Part shown: piece by piece, positions 1 to 9,321 of the stretch
Numbering within the stretch: the first letter of the stretch is position 1
How the letters are laid out: every line of letters starts with the position of its first letter
Origin: Alphaproteobacteria bacterium
GTDB lineage: Bacteria; Pseudomonadota; Alphaproteobacteria; UBA7887
Assembly (NCBI GenBank): GCA_965216755.1
Contig: CBDCGL010000011.1
Location: 4,576,001 to 4,640,000, forward strand
Reading direction: 5' to 3'
DNA: 64,000 bases
Made by a program: the position numbers and the translations under genes
The notes under the pieces: model-generated
What the model was told of the DNA's origin: nothing
Seen by the model: only the letters and a program-made list of their open reading frames with translations
Database searches by the model: none

Positions 1-230
1 TCCTACCTCACCACGAGGTCCGCAAAGCTGTAATTTGCCCGACATCGCCGGACTGATACCTGGATTAGAAGATATCGGGTTCGCCCCGCGCCGCGTGCTC
101 ACTTATCTTCATAATGATGTGTTGTGTCTGAGCGGCCGTGGTTGACGATGTAGTCAACTGACGCGCAAAAAGGCGCTGCGTGTGGTCGATCGACCGACAG
201 GGTGCCGAAATCCCGATCATTGGGGCGTGG

Positions 231-965
231 ATGTTTCAAGGCTTGATTGCATTTGGCCGAACTGTTTTTTCGTCCTTGCGCGATTTGGCGCCGATCATCG
301 CCGTTGTGGCGTTCTTTCAGATTGTGATTTTGCGCCAGCCGTTTCCAAATCCCGAACAGCTGGTCGGCGGCCTGATTCTGGTGATGCTTGGGCTGGCGTT
401 CTTTATCCGCGGGCTTGAGATTGGGTTGTTTCCGATAGGCGAGTCGGTTGCCGGTGCGTTTGCGCGCAAGGGCAGCGTGTTTTGGCTCTTGATCTTTGCT
501 TTTGCCCTTGGCTTCGGCACGACGGCCGCGGAGCCCGCGCTTATCGCGGTTGCCGACGAGGCCGCGCGCGCCGCCGCAGCCGCCGCCTTGATCGCGTCCG
601 AGCCGGATGCTTTGTTCGCCTACGCACTGGAACTGCGCATGACCGTCGCGGTCTCGGTCGGGTTTGCCCTGGTGATTGGCGTTTTGCGCATTTTGAAAGG
701 GTGGCCAATCCAATATTTCATTATCGGCGGTTATTTGGCCGTGGTTCTGATTACGTTTGCGGCACCGGAAGACATTGTTGGCATTGCTTACGATTCAGGT
801 GGCGTCACCACGTCGACCGTGACCGTGCCGCTGGTCACCGCACTAGGGGTCGGGCTGTCGACCGTCATTCGTGGTCGTAATCCGCTGATCGATGGCTTTG
901 GGTTGATCGCGTTCGCCAGCCTGGCGCCGATGATTTTTGTGCTCACATTTGGAATCGTGCGGTGA
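231..965 (+). CDS. DUF1538 family membrane protein
   Basis: Hydrophobic protein with [44 protein letters not shown] and [17 protein letters not shown] motifs; ATG at 231 preferred over the track start at 180. Confidence 0.88.
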   Translation: MFQGLIAFGRTVFSSLRDLAPIIAVVAFFQIVILRQPFPNPEQLVGGLILVMLGLAFFIRGLEIGLFPIGESVAGAFARKGSVFWLLIFAFALGFGTTAAEPALIAVADEAARAAAAAALIASEPDALFAYALELRMTVAVSVGFALVIGVLRILKGWPIQYFIIGGYLAVVLITFAAPEDIVGIAYDSGGVTTSTVTVPLVTALGVGLSTVIRGRNPLIDGFGLIAFASLAPMIFVLTFGIVR

Positions 966-972
966 TCGCCAG

Positions 973-1758
973 ATGACCGAGACCTTTGTCGCTGTCGGTG
1001 TCGCGCTTTTGGCCACAATTCGAGATGTGGCGCCGATCGTATTGATACTTATCGGTTTTCAAGTGTTCGTGTTGCGCCGCCCAATCCCCAATTTGGGGCG
1101 CGCGATCGTCGGATTTGTCTATGTCGTGATTGGATTGGCACTGTTTCTGGTCGGGCTGGAAGAAGCGTTGTTTCCGCTCGGCAAGGCCATGGCGGAGCAA
1201 TTGACGGCACCGGAGGTGATTGGCGCTGGATCCGCCGACGATGCCGACTGGTCACGCTATGTGTTGGTTTATGCATTCGCCGCCGCCATCGGATTCTCGA
1301 CCACCGTCGCAGAGCCGGCGTTGATCGCGGTGGCCATGAAGGCCAGCGAAGTATCTGGCGGTGGCCTGCGGGCATGGAACCTGCGAATCGCGGTGGCCTG
1401 TGGTGTCGCGATTGGGGTTGCCTTTGGAACACTGCGCATTGTCAATGGCTTGCCGTTGCATTATTGCATCATCGTTGGTTATGCGATCGTCATCATTCAA
1501 ACAGCCTTTGCGCCACGCGCCATCATTCCGTTGGCCTACGACTCAGGTGGCGTGACCACGTCAACGGTGACGGTCCCGTTGGTTACGGCTTTGGGCTTGG
1601 GATTGGCGATGAATATTCCTGGGCGCAGTCCGCTGATTGATGGATTTGGATTGGTTTCGCTCGCGAGCTTGTTTCCGATGATCACGGTTATGGGCTACGC
1701 GCAAATCGCGGCATGGTGGGAGCGCCGTCAGGCGCAAAAAGCTGATGAGGTCCTTTAA
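973..1758 (+). CDS. DUF1538 family membrane protein (paralog of upstream gene)
   Basis: Same [26 protein letters not shown] and GRSPLIDGFG motifs; ATG at 973. Confidence 0.88.
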   Translation: MTETFVAVGVALLATIRDVAPIVLILIGFQVFVLRRPIPNLGRAIVGFVYVVIGLALFLVGLEEALFPLGKAMAEQLTAPEVIGAGSADDADWSRYVLVYAFAAAIGFSTTVAEPALIAVAMKASEVSGGGLRAWNLRIAVACGVAIGVAFGTLRIVNGLPLHYCIIVGYAIVIIQTAFAPRAIIPLAYDSGGVTTSTVTVPLVTALGLGLAMNIPGRSPLIDGFGLVSLASLFPMITVMGYAQIAAWWERRQAQKADEVL

Positions 1759-2109
1759 ATGAAGTTCAAACTGATCGTGGTCTTGGTCCAGGATGAACAG
1801 ACCGAGACCGTTCTCAAGACGGCGCGGGAGCAGGGGGCAACCGGCTGCACGGTGATAACGAATGCACGCGGTGAGGGCCTTCACCCTCGCAAAACGTTCC
1901 TTGGCCTGACCCTGGAGGGTCAACGCGATATGATCTTGCTGCTGGTCGAAGAGCATTTGAGCCGCGATATCTTGGAGGCTCTCGAAAAGGCCGCCGAACT
2001 CGACGAACGGCCCGGCAGCGGCATTGCTTTTCAAATCGATATCGAGGATGCGGTCGGACTGTCATCCCAGTTCCAGAGCATTGCACACGAAATAGAAGAC
2101 CAGCTATGA
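1759..2109 (+). CDS. P-II family signal transduction protein (non-canonical)
   Basis: MKFKLIV...GATGCTVITNARGEG...PGSGIAFQIDIEDAVGL; 116 aa; abuts the DUF1538 stop. Confidence 0.85.
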   Translation: MKFKLIVVLVQDEQTETVLKTAREQGATGCTVITNARGEGLHPRKTFLGLTLEGQRDMILLLVEEHLSRDILEALEKAAELDERPGSGIAFQIDIEDAVGLSSQFQSIAHEIEDQL

Positions 2110-2534
2110 GCAATACCACGCATGTACCCGTGCGCGATGTCATGACGCCGGGTCCGAAAACGATCAATGGCCTGGCCACTATTCGCGAGGCCGTGCAAAC
2201 TATGCGCGACCAAGACGTCAACTCGCTGATCATCGATCGACGTCACGAGCATGACGAATACGGCGTCGTCACGATTTCCGACATAGCGGAAAAGGTGGTC
2301 ACGCCGCGACGGTCTTATGACCGCACCAATGTCTACGAAGTGATGTCAAAACCGGTCATGACTGTGCATGGCGATATGCATATTCGCTACGCCATACGGC
2401 TCTTGTCCCGATTTGGTTTGTCGCGCGCGCTGGTTGCTGACAAGACCGGTCCGATTGGGATTATCAAACTGCGCGATATGGTCCACCGCATGGTCCTTGA
2501 TACAGCCGACGGGGGCGAAGAAAGCCAGACCTAA
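2106..2534 (+). CDS. CBS domain pair protein
   Basis: VRDVMTP...YGVVTISDI...VYEVMSKP; ATGA overlap with the P-II gene. Confidence 0.85.
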   Translation: MSNTTHVPVRDVMTPGPKTINGLATIREAVQTMRDQDVNSLIIDRRHEHDEYGVVTISDIAEKVVTPRRSYDRTNVYEVMSKPVMTVHGDMHIRYAIRLLSRFGLSRALVADKTGPIGIIKLRDMVHRMVLDTADGGEESQT

Positions 2535-2601
2535 TTAGGGCGCCGGCTCGCCGTGGTCGCGAGCCCGCACCCCGCAAAAATATTAATAGCTGGCGCAGAT
2601 T

Positions 2602-2708
2602 CTAGAGCATTTCACGCTCGCTCACGATCGTGTGTCATGCTCTATCTATCTGATATCGACCAACTTATCTTCGTTCAAACGGAATCGTTTGAACGAAGGT
2701 TGATCTAG
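2602..2708. repeat. CTAG-bounded double-hairpin intergenic repeat (CIR/Bru-RS-like)
   Basis: TAGAGCAT...ATGCTCTA hairpin plus a 13-bp perfect inverted repeat CTTCGTTCAAACG/CGTTTGAACGAAG with GAATC at the loop; related copy near 29139-29247. Confidence 0.65.
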
Positions 2709-3112
2709 TAGGTGATCACCGGGTCAATTTCCTTGGCTTGTGCGACCCATTTTTCAACTTCGCTGGCCGAAGGGTTGCGCCGGGCAAGTTTCTTTTCGCC
2801 ATTCACTTCGGCCATCTTGGCCGTTAGATTCTCAGGGTTGCGGTGACGCAGCTCCTTGACAGTATCGACGCCCGCGGCTTCCAGCAGTTCCGAGTATTCT
2901 TCACCGACCCCCGAAATGCGCATCAGGTCGGCCATGTTCGTCCATTTCAACAGGACCTTGGTGGAAAAGCCTGTTTTCTCCGCGACCGTATCGCGACCTT
3001 TCGGCGTGCAGCATTGCTGCAATAGATCGTCAGTGGTCTTGATATCAGCGGCGGCAAGTTTCTCCGTGTAAGCGGGCCCAATGCCCTCAATCTCGTCGAT
3101 CTTGTAGCCCAT
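2705..3112 (-). CDS. DUF4332 domain protein (helix-hairpin-helix)
   Basis: IDEIEGIGP...ADLMRISGVGEEYSELLEAAGVDTVKELRHRNPENL. Confidence 0.85.
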   Translation of the reverse strand: MGYKIDEIEGIGPAYTEKLAAADIKTTDDLLQQCCTPKGRDTVAEKTGFSTKVLLKWTNMADLMRISGVGEEYSELLEAAGVDTVKELRHRNPENLTAKMAEVNGEKKLARRNPSASEVEKWVAQAKEIDPVITY

Positions 3113-3296
3113 CGTACGGCACCCCGTGGTTGTTCGGTCGTTGCGCGTGCCACTATTGCCCAGCTTGCTCGTGGGGTCCAGACGCCCGCATGATCCGAAC
3201 CATCTTCTTGGTCATTCAAGGCCGGAAGTGTCACTGGATTGATCAGCGATCGGATTGGGCGATCCGTGCAGCCGCTAGCCCCGAAAAAATAAGGAG

Positions 3297-3337
3297 TTGC
3301 AATTCACTCTGAATTGCGATGAGAATGTGTCGCATTC
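3297..3337 (+). promoter_or_regulatory. Possible iron-responsive operator (Fur/RirA/Irr-like)
   Basis: TTGCAATTCACTCTGAATTGCGA inverted repeat overlapping GATGAGAATGTGTCGCATT just upstream of the porin RBS (GGAGG at 3361); resemblance only. Confidence 0.35.
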
Positions 3338-3372
3338 GCGTGACGACTGTCAGTGCTTTGGGAGGTTGCAGA

Positions 3373-4602
3373 GTGGCGCAAGAACTGAGCGGGACGATCG
3401 CGTTTTGCGCGGCGATGATGCTGGCGGTGCCGGCATCTGGGCAGGATGCGCTGCCGACCCGCGAAGAGATGTGGGCGATCATTCAACAACAGCAGGCCGA
3501 GATCGAGCGCCTGAAGGAAAGGCTGGACATCACCGACGAGAAAGTCGAAGCGGCGGGCGAGATGATCGCGGAAGCGGGCGCCTCATCCGACGGCGGCCAG
3601 CCGGGTTGGTGGGAGCGCACCAGCCTCGGCGGCTATGGCGAACTTCACTACAATGGTGGCGATGTCGACGAATTGGATTTGCATCGATTCGTGCTGTTTC
3701 TGGGGCACGAATTCAACGACCGCTTTCGCCTCGCCACCGAAATCGAAATCGAACACGCTTTGGCCGGAGATGGCGCGCCGGGCGAGGTTGAAATTGAGCA
3801 GGCATTCATCGAATACGACATCAACGCGAACTTCGTGACACGCGCGGGTGTGTTTCTTATCCCCGCTGGCATTTTGAATGAAACGCACGAACCGCCGACA
3901 TTTTTTGGCGTTGAGCGCAATCGCGTCGAGTCGGAAATCATCCCGACAACCTGGTGGGAGGCCGGTGCCGGCCTGACCGGGCGATTTGGTACTGGTCTGA
4001 GCTTCGACGTTGCAGCGACCGGTGGTCTCAACACGCCGATCACGGGCGGCAGTGCTTTCCGAATTCGTAGTGGCAGGCAAAAGGTGGCTGAATCGATCGC
4101 CAAGGATCCGGCCCTGACCGGCCGCCTGCGATGGACCGGCATTCCCGGCGTTGAACTCGGCGTGACCGGGCAATGGCAGTCGGATATCACCCAAAGCCAG
4201 TTGGGCATCTCGGCGGCTTTGGTGGAGGCCCATGCCGACATCCTGATCGATGGCTGGGGCTTGCGTGCGCTTTACGCGCGGTGGAAGTTGGAGGACGGCG
4301 CGCCAGGCACTGGCCCCGCCGCGCTCGGGCGAGACGTTCAATATGGCTGGTATGTCGAGCCGTCATATCGCTTTCCGGTGGCCTCGTGGGGCCAATTGGG
4401 CGTGTTTGCGCGCTATAGCCAGCTTGACAATTTCGCCGGCAACAGTGTTAGCACCAGGGTCAGCCAGTTCGATATTGGCGTCAATTATTGGCCGATCCCG
4501 GATATCGTTCTGAAAGCGGATTTTCAGTGGGCGAAACGACCGGCCGCGATCGCCGCTGACGACGACAATCGGTTGAACGTCGGTATCGGATGGCAATTCT
4601 GA
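3373..4602 (+). CDS. Outer-membrane porin (OprO/OprP-like, iron-operon type) with N-terminal coiled coil
   Basis: Signal peptide from GTG 3373; QQQQAEIERLK coil; GGYGELHYN, HRFVLFLGHEF, EIEIEH, NETHEPPTFFGVERN; C-terminal aromatic GWQF. Confidence 0.8.
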   Translation: MAQELSGTIAFCAAMMLAVPASGQDALPTREEMWAIIQQQQAEIERLKERLDITDEKVEAAGEMIAEAGASSDGGQPGWWERTSLGGYGELHYNGGDVDELDLHRFVLFLGHEFNDRFRLATEIEIEHALAGDGAPGEVEIEQAFIEYDINANFVTRAGVFLIPAGILNETHEPPTFFGVERNRVESEIIPTTWWEAGAGLTGRFGTGLSFDVAATGGLNTPITGGSAFRIRSGRQKVAESIAKDPALTGRLRWTGIPGVELGVTGQWQSDITQSQLGISAALVEAHADILIDGWGLRALYARWKLEDGAPGTGPAALGRDVQYGWYVEPSYRFPVASWGQLGVFARYSQLDNFAGNSVSTRVSQFDIGVNYWPIPDIVLKADFQWAKRPAAIAADDDNRLNVGIGWQF

Positions 4603-5135
4603 TGCGAGCCGTGGCGAGCCGATGGCTCTGGCTTATCTGGCTCGCCGCACTATACCTGGCGCCGGTGGCGTATGGCGAGGAGGTGTATTTAGCGCCCGAG
4701 TTGTTTCTATCGGAAAGCTTCGATGGCGACGTGCCTGACCCCGAGGTCATTTGGGTAACCAAGAGCCTTAAGGGTGATGTCGCCGACATTCGTGGTCATA
4801 GTGGCGGGCCGCGGCGCATTCGCTATTGGGCCTCTGGCCGACGGAGTGCGTGGATACTCGAAGAGATCGGCAAGGTTGAGCCAATCACCACTGGAATCGT
4901 GGTTGATAACGATGCGATTGTGCGCGTGGCGGTACTCATTTACCGGGAGAGCCGTGGATGGGAAGTGCGGCATCCGTTTTTCACCGACCAGTTTATCGGC
5001 GCGCGCCTTGTGGAAGACCGGCGTCTCGATCGACGCGTTGACGGCATTTCCGGGGCAACCTTGTCTGTTGATGCGTTGACCCGTTTGGCCCGGTTGGCAC
5101 TCTATTTGGACAGTCGGGCGAGCGAACAGAGATGA
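4602..5135 (+). CDS. Exported FMN-binding domain protein
   Basis: Signal-like N-terminus; YRESRGWEV and flavinylation-type motif VDGISGATLS. Confidence 0.85.
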   Translation: MRAVASRWLWLIWLAALYLAPVAYGEEVYLAPELFLSESFDGDVPDPEVIWVTKSLKGDVADIRGHSGGPRRIRYWASGRRSAWILEEIGKVEPITTGIVVDNDAIVRVAVLIYRESRGWEVRHPFFTDQFIGARLVEDRRLDRRVDGISGATLSVDALTRLARLALYLDSRASEQR

Positions 5136-5142
5136 GTATCCG

Positions 5143-5886
5143 ATGAGCCGTAGATCCGCGCGCTATCGGCGCGCGGTTTATGTGTGGCACCGGCGGCTTG
5201 GCCTGTGCGCGGCCGCCGTGTTGCTGGTCGTTGCAGTGACGGGTGTGATCTTGAATCACAGCGACCGACTGGGCTTGGCTACACAAACAGTCAGTTGGTC
5301 GCATCTGTTCACGGTCTACGGTATGACCGATGGCGGGCCGACCATAAGTTATCACCTTGATTCAACATGGTTAACTTGGCACGACCAGGCACTTTATATC
5401 GACGGTCGACCGTTGAGTATTCGCCTGAATGACCCAACCGGCGCCGTGGCCACGGCAGATTTTTTCGTTGTCTCGGGCGACAAAGAACTGCTCTTGTTGG
5501 ACCCCGATGGCGTTCTGATCGAAAGGATTTCGGGCGCTGGGCTACCGACTCTGCCGAGCCGCCTTGGTCTTGCCGTTGGCGGCGAGGTCGCGCTCTCCGA
5601 CGGTGGGACCACATATCTTGCCGATGCAGATCTTTTGACTTGGCGTCGTTGGCCGAATGCCGACGTCGTGTGGAGTACGTCAAAAGCTGCGCCTGACACG
5701 TTGGCGGATGCGGTTGCCAAGCATCGCTACGGCGATGGTTTGAGCTGGGAGCGCGTTTTGCTTGATTTGCACAGCGGTCGCTTGTTTGGGTCGCTGGGGC
5801 CCTATGTTGTCGATGCGGCCGGACTTGGAATCGTGATTCTTATCGTGACCGGCGCTTACAACTGGTTCGTGCGGCGCGGGCGATGA
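5143..5886 (+). CDS. PepSY-associated TM helix membrane protein
   Basis: WHRRLGL...VTGVILNH at the N-terminus; LLDLHSGRLFG...TG at the C-terminus. Confidence 0.82.
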   Translation: MSRRSARYRRAVYVWHRRLGLCAAAVLLVVAVTGVILNHSDRLGLATQTVSWSHLFTVYGMTDGGPTISYHLDSTWLTWHDQALYIDGRPLSIRLNDPTGAVATADFFVVSGDKELLLLDPDGVLIERISGAGLPTLPSRLGLAVGGEVALSDGGTTYLADADLLTWRRWPNADVVWSTSKAAPDTLADAVAKHRYGDGLSWERVLLDLHSGRLFGSLGPYVVDAAGLGIVILIVTGAYNWFVRRGR

Positions 5887-5914
5887 GCGGTGCAAGTAAA
5901 AGCGCGCTCGAAAA

Positions 5915-6225
5915 TGGTGCCGCCGGCGTGAATTGAACACGCGACCCCACCCTTCATACCACGATCACTTTCGTAACCCCGGCGATCCACTGATCACCAG
6001 GTTCGTGGCCTGGACCATCCCTTAGCCGTATCGCCCGTGTGGCGACTTAGGCTCCGCCCGTCTGGCCTCTACACCTTTCCGGCCATCTGCCGGACTTGGC
6101 TCGGGATTGCCATGGGCCGTGTGGCCGTTAGGTTTCCCCGACTTTGAGCGGTACTGTCCCACCGGTTTTCCGATGGGTGGGCAAGTGATTACCAAGGGTG
6201 TGCTCTACCCCTGAGCTACGGCGGC
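5915..6225 (-). tRNA. tRNA-Thr(GGU), split by an intron (exons 6225-6191 and 5954-5915)
   Basis: Joined exons give the 75-nt cloverleaf GCCGCCG TA GCTC AGGGGTA GAGC A CACCC TTGGT^AA GGGTG GGGTC GCGTG TTCAATT CACGC CGGCGGC ACCA, with all four stems paired. Confidence 0.95.
5955..6190 (-). ncRNA. Group I self-splicing intron (IC3, Azoarcus tRNA-Ile-like), 236 nt, no ORF
   Basis: Follows exon U and ends in G. Core: AAAGTCGGGGAAACCTAA, ATGGCAATCCCGAGCCAAG, AAGGTGTAGAGGCCAGACGG, AAGGGATGGTCC. P3 CCGCTC/GGGCGG; P7 GGCCA/TGGTC; IGS CTTGCC pairs with GGT|AAG. Confidence 0.93.
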
Positions 6226-6412
6226 ACATAAATGTTTGCGTACCCGGCGACCGCAAGAAGACGCATCGTCGAGTTAAAGGGACAGTGCCATACGCGCGGA
6301 ATCGGCGCAAGATCCACACGACGTTGGCTGCCATCACAGCGACAAAACTTGACTCAAGTGCGATGAGACGCAATGTGATTCAGGGAAGATAGATCGAACG
6401 AAGGCAAATCCA

Positions 6413-6625
6413 ATGGCCAGTGAAGTGGAGTCGATCTACAGGGTGGCGCCGGTGTCGGCGGGCGTGCGAAGAAGCGCGCGCCAACAGCGACAGGCCGAGC
6501 AATTGCGCGAGAATTTGCGGAAACGTAAGGCTCAGCAGCGGGCCCGCGCAGAGGCTGAGGCACGCAAGGCGTCGGAAAACGACGAGCCTGTAGGCGAAAA
6601 GCATTTGGCGGATATCGAGGTCTGA
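6413..6625 (+). CDS. Small basic hypothetical protein upstream of murA
   Basis: QAEQLRENLRKRKAQQRAR motif, recalled from small ORFs preceding murA in alphaproteobacteria. Confidence 0.6.
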   Translation: MASEVESIYRVAPVSAGVRRSARQQRQAEQLRENLRKRKAQQRARAEAEARKASENDEPVGEKHLADIEV

Positions 6626-6869
6626 CGGCGCCACAAAGTTTAGGTGGTACCGAATTGCCAGGTTAGGCACGGCGCAACTCTCGCACCTTATTTGTGCCGG
6701 TCGGAACCTTCGGGCCTGTCGTACACGTCTTGTGATTGGCGAATTGCTGCTCTACAACGTGGCGCTGCGCGCGCGCCGGCGCACTTTGGCCTTCGCAAAT
6801 CATCACGACAAGTCCCATTTGTAAGGCCATGTTTCCCATAATCCCCGTCACAAACTGCCAGGACTCCTA

Positions 6870-8171
6870 GTGGACCGAATTCGTATACGCGGCGGCCAGC
6901 CGTTGCAGGGCACGATCTCGATTGGTGGCGCAAAAAACGCGGCGTTGCCATTGATGGCGGCCACGTTGCTCACCGAAGATATGCTGACCCTCGATAATTT
7001 GCCGCATGTCGCGGATATCGCGACCATGACCGAACTTTTGGTCCAACTTGGCGTGTCGGTTCACATGAACGGCGGCTACGGGCGGACCGAGGATGGCAAT
7101 GGCAGTGCCGAGGGGCGCATGTTGGGCTTGAGCGCCGCCGATCTCATCAACCACACCGCCCCATATGACTTGGTTCGCAAAATGCGGGCCTCTGTATTGG
7201 TTTTGGGACCGCTGCTCACGCGGTTGCGGCGGGCGCGCGTGTCTTTGCCGGGCGGCTGTGCCATCGGACCGCGACCGGTTGACCTGCATCTCAAGGGCTT
7301 GCAGCAGATGGGTGCCGAAATCACGCTCAATGACGGCTATATCGATGCCTCCGCGCCCAGAGGCTTGACCGGTGCCCACATTGCGTTGCCGTCAGTATCG
7401 GTCGGCGCCACAGAGAATTTGATGATGGCCGCGGTCCTGGCCGACGGCGTCACAACGATCGCCAATGCCGCGCGCGAACCAGAGGTCCAAGATTTGGCCA
7501 ATTGTTTGGTCGCCATGGGCGGACAGATCACCGGGATTGGTTCCGATACCTTGGAGATCACCGGCGTGCCACGTCTGACCGGCGCGCAGTATCGTGTCTT
7601 GCCCGATCGTATCGAAACCGGGACGTACGCCATCGCCGCAGCGGTTACCAACGGCGACGTCGAGCTGCTCAATACGGATCTAGACCTGATTGATGCGGTC
7701 GCCGAGAAGCTCACCGACGCGGGAATCCGGCTGACACCCACGGCGCGCGGATTCCGGGTGCGGCGCGACCACCCGCGGATTCGCGGAATAGATTTGATCA
7801 CACAGCCATTTCCGGGTTTTCCGACCGACATGCAGGCACAAATGATGGTTTTGTTGACCGTTGCCGATGGCGCGTCGCTGATCACCGAAACAATATTCGA
7901 AAATCGCTATATGCATGTGCCGGAATTGACACGCATGGGCGCGAATATCACGGTTCACGGCGCCTCGGCGATGGTGCGGGGAACTGACAAGCTGACCGGC
8001 GCGCAAGTGATGGCGACCGATTTGCGTGCCAGCGTATCCCTGGTCTTGGCTGGCTTGGCGGCCGATGATGAAACGGTCATCAACCGGGTGTATCACTTGG
8101 ATCGCGGCTATGAGCGTGTTGAAGAAAAATTGGCCGGGTGTGGCGCCGACATCGAGAGATTGGTCGGCTAA
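6870..8171 (+). CDS. murA: UDP-N-acetylglucosamine 1-carboxyvinyltransferase
   Basis: [23 protein letters not shown] (catalytic Cys), [22 protein letters not shown]. Confidence 0.98.
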   Translation: MDRIRIRGGQPLQGTISIGGAKNAALPLMAATLLTEDMLTLDNLPHVADIATMTELLVQLGVSVHMNGGYGRTEDGNGSAEGRMLGLSAADLINHTAPYDLVRKMRASVLVLGPLLTRLRRARVSLPGGCAIGPRPVDLHLKGLQQMGAEITLNDGYIDASAPRGLTGAHIALPSVSVGATENLMMAAVLADGVTTIANAAREPEVQDLANCLVAMGGQITGIGSDTLEITGVPRLTGAQYRVLPDRIETGTYAIAAAVTNGDVELLNTDLDLIDAVAEKLTDAGIRLTPTARGFRVRRDHPRIRGIDLITQPFPGFPTDMQAQMMVLLTVADGASLITETIFENRYMHVPELTRMGANITVHGASAMVRGTDKLTGAQVMATDLRASVSLVLAGLAADDETVINRVYHLDRGYERVEEKLAGCGADIERLVG

Positions 8172-8186
8172 GCCGGAGCTGAGGTG

Positions 8187-8669
8187 ATGGCGCGCCGCCC
8201 GAAACCCGTGCGCCTGCGCGCCTGCGGCGCCGAAGATCTCACGGTCGTCGCCGCCTGTTTGCAAGATGCCTTGATGCCATTGCGAGAGATGGGATTCCGC
8301 CCGGCGGAGCAACGGTTCGTCGCGGTTTGTGATCGGTTCACCTGGGAAGACCTATCCGCCCACGGCGAGTCATTTGGTGGCGGCGCGGCGCGTTTGCATC
8401 GCGTCAAGGCCGGCTTGCGCTTTGAAGGCGTGACGCGGGCGCGCGTGTCTGGGATCGACCAACGGGAAACGCGCCAGGTTCTGGAACTGTTGACTTTGAC
8501 CCGCGAACCCGGAGCCTTGACCATGCTGTTCAGCGGCGGTGCGGCGATTCGATTGGAAGGCACGCAAATCCGGTGTTTGTTGGAGGATCTGGCGCCGGCG
8601 CGCCCAGCGCGCCAAGTCCCAACACACCCCATCGGCGATGGGCGGCGAGGCGCCACACATGACCAGTGA
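8187..8669 (+). CDS. DUF2948 family protein
   Basis: [13 protein letters not shown]...RFTWE...FSGGAAIRL...LEDL; position between murA and his genes. Confidence 0.85.
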   Translation: MARRPKPVRLRACGAEDLTVVAACLQDALMPLREMGFRPAEQRFVAVCDRFTWEDLSAHGESFGGGAARLHRVKAGLRFEGVTRARVSGIDQRETRQVLELLTLTREPGALTMLFSGGAAIRLEGTQIRCLLEDLAPARPARQVPTHPIGDGRRGATHDQ

Positions 8670-9321
8670 AAAACGTATCGTTATCGCCGTACCAAAAGGC
8701 CGCATCCTGGGTGAGCTTGAACCGCTGATGGCCAAGGCGGGCTTGAACCTTGAGCCCGCGTTTCGCGATCCCAACGTGCGCCAGCTCAGTTTTGCGACCA
8801 ACCACCCCGAAGTCAGCGTGATCCGGGTCCGCAGCTTTGATGTTGCCACATTTGTGGCATTTGGTGCGGCCCATCTGGGTGTGGCCGGTCGTGATGTCTT
8901 GATGGAATTCGATTATCGGGAAGTTTATACACCGCTGGATTTGGGTATCGGCAGGTGCCGCATGGCGGTTGCGGAACCGGCAGAATTGGCAACCAATGAC
9001 GATCCAATGCGGTGGAGCCATGTACGTGTGGCGACAAAATATCCGGAGACGACACGGCGTCACTTTGCCGCGCGTGGTGTGCACGCCGAGTGCATCAAAC
9101 TCAGCGGTGCGATGGAACTCGCGCCAACCCTGGGTTTGTGCCGGCGCATTGTCGACTTGGTTTCGACCGGTGGCACACTCAAGGCCAATGGCTTGGTGGA
9201 AGTCGAACGTATCGCCGATATCAGCTCGCGCTTGGTGGTCAATCGGGCCGTGGCCAAAACCATGCCCGAAGAAATGAATGGTTGGGTCGAGAGATTTCGG
9301 AGCGCGATCGATGGTGCGTAG
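8659..9321 (+). CDS. hisG: ATP phosphoribosyltransferase, short form
   Basis: [49 protein letters not shown]; about 220 aa, so needs HisZ, which is not in the window. Confidence 0.95.
   Translation: MTSEKRIVIAVPKGRILGELEPLMAKAGLNLEPAFRDPNVRQLSFATNHPEVSVIRVRSFDVATFVAFGAAHLGVAGRDVLMEFDYREVYTPLDLGIGRCRMAVAEPAELATNDDPMRWSHVRVATKYPETTRRHFAARGVHAECIKLSGAMELAPTLGLCRRIVDLVSTGGTLKANGLVEVERIADISSRLVVNRAVAKTMPEEMNGWVERFRSAIDGA

Noticed and set aside
6128-6392. Short ORFs overlapping the tRNA-Thr intron as a possible homing endonuclease
   Set aside because: No LAGLIDADG, HNH or GIY-YIG motif; they overlap the tRNA exon, and the intron is fully accounted for by RNA structure
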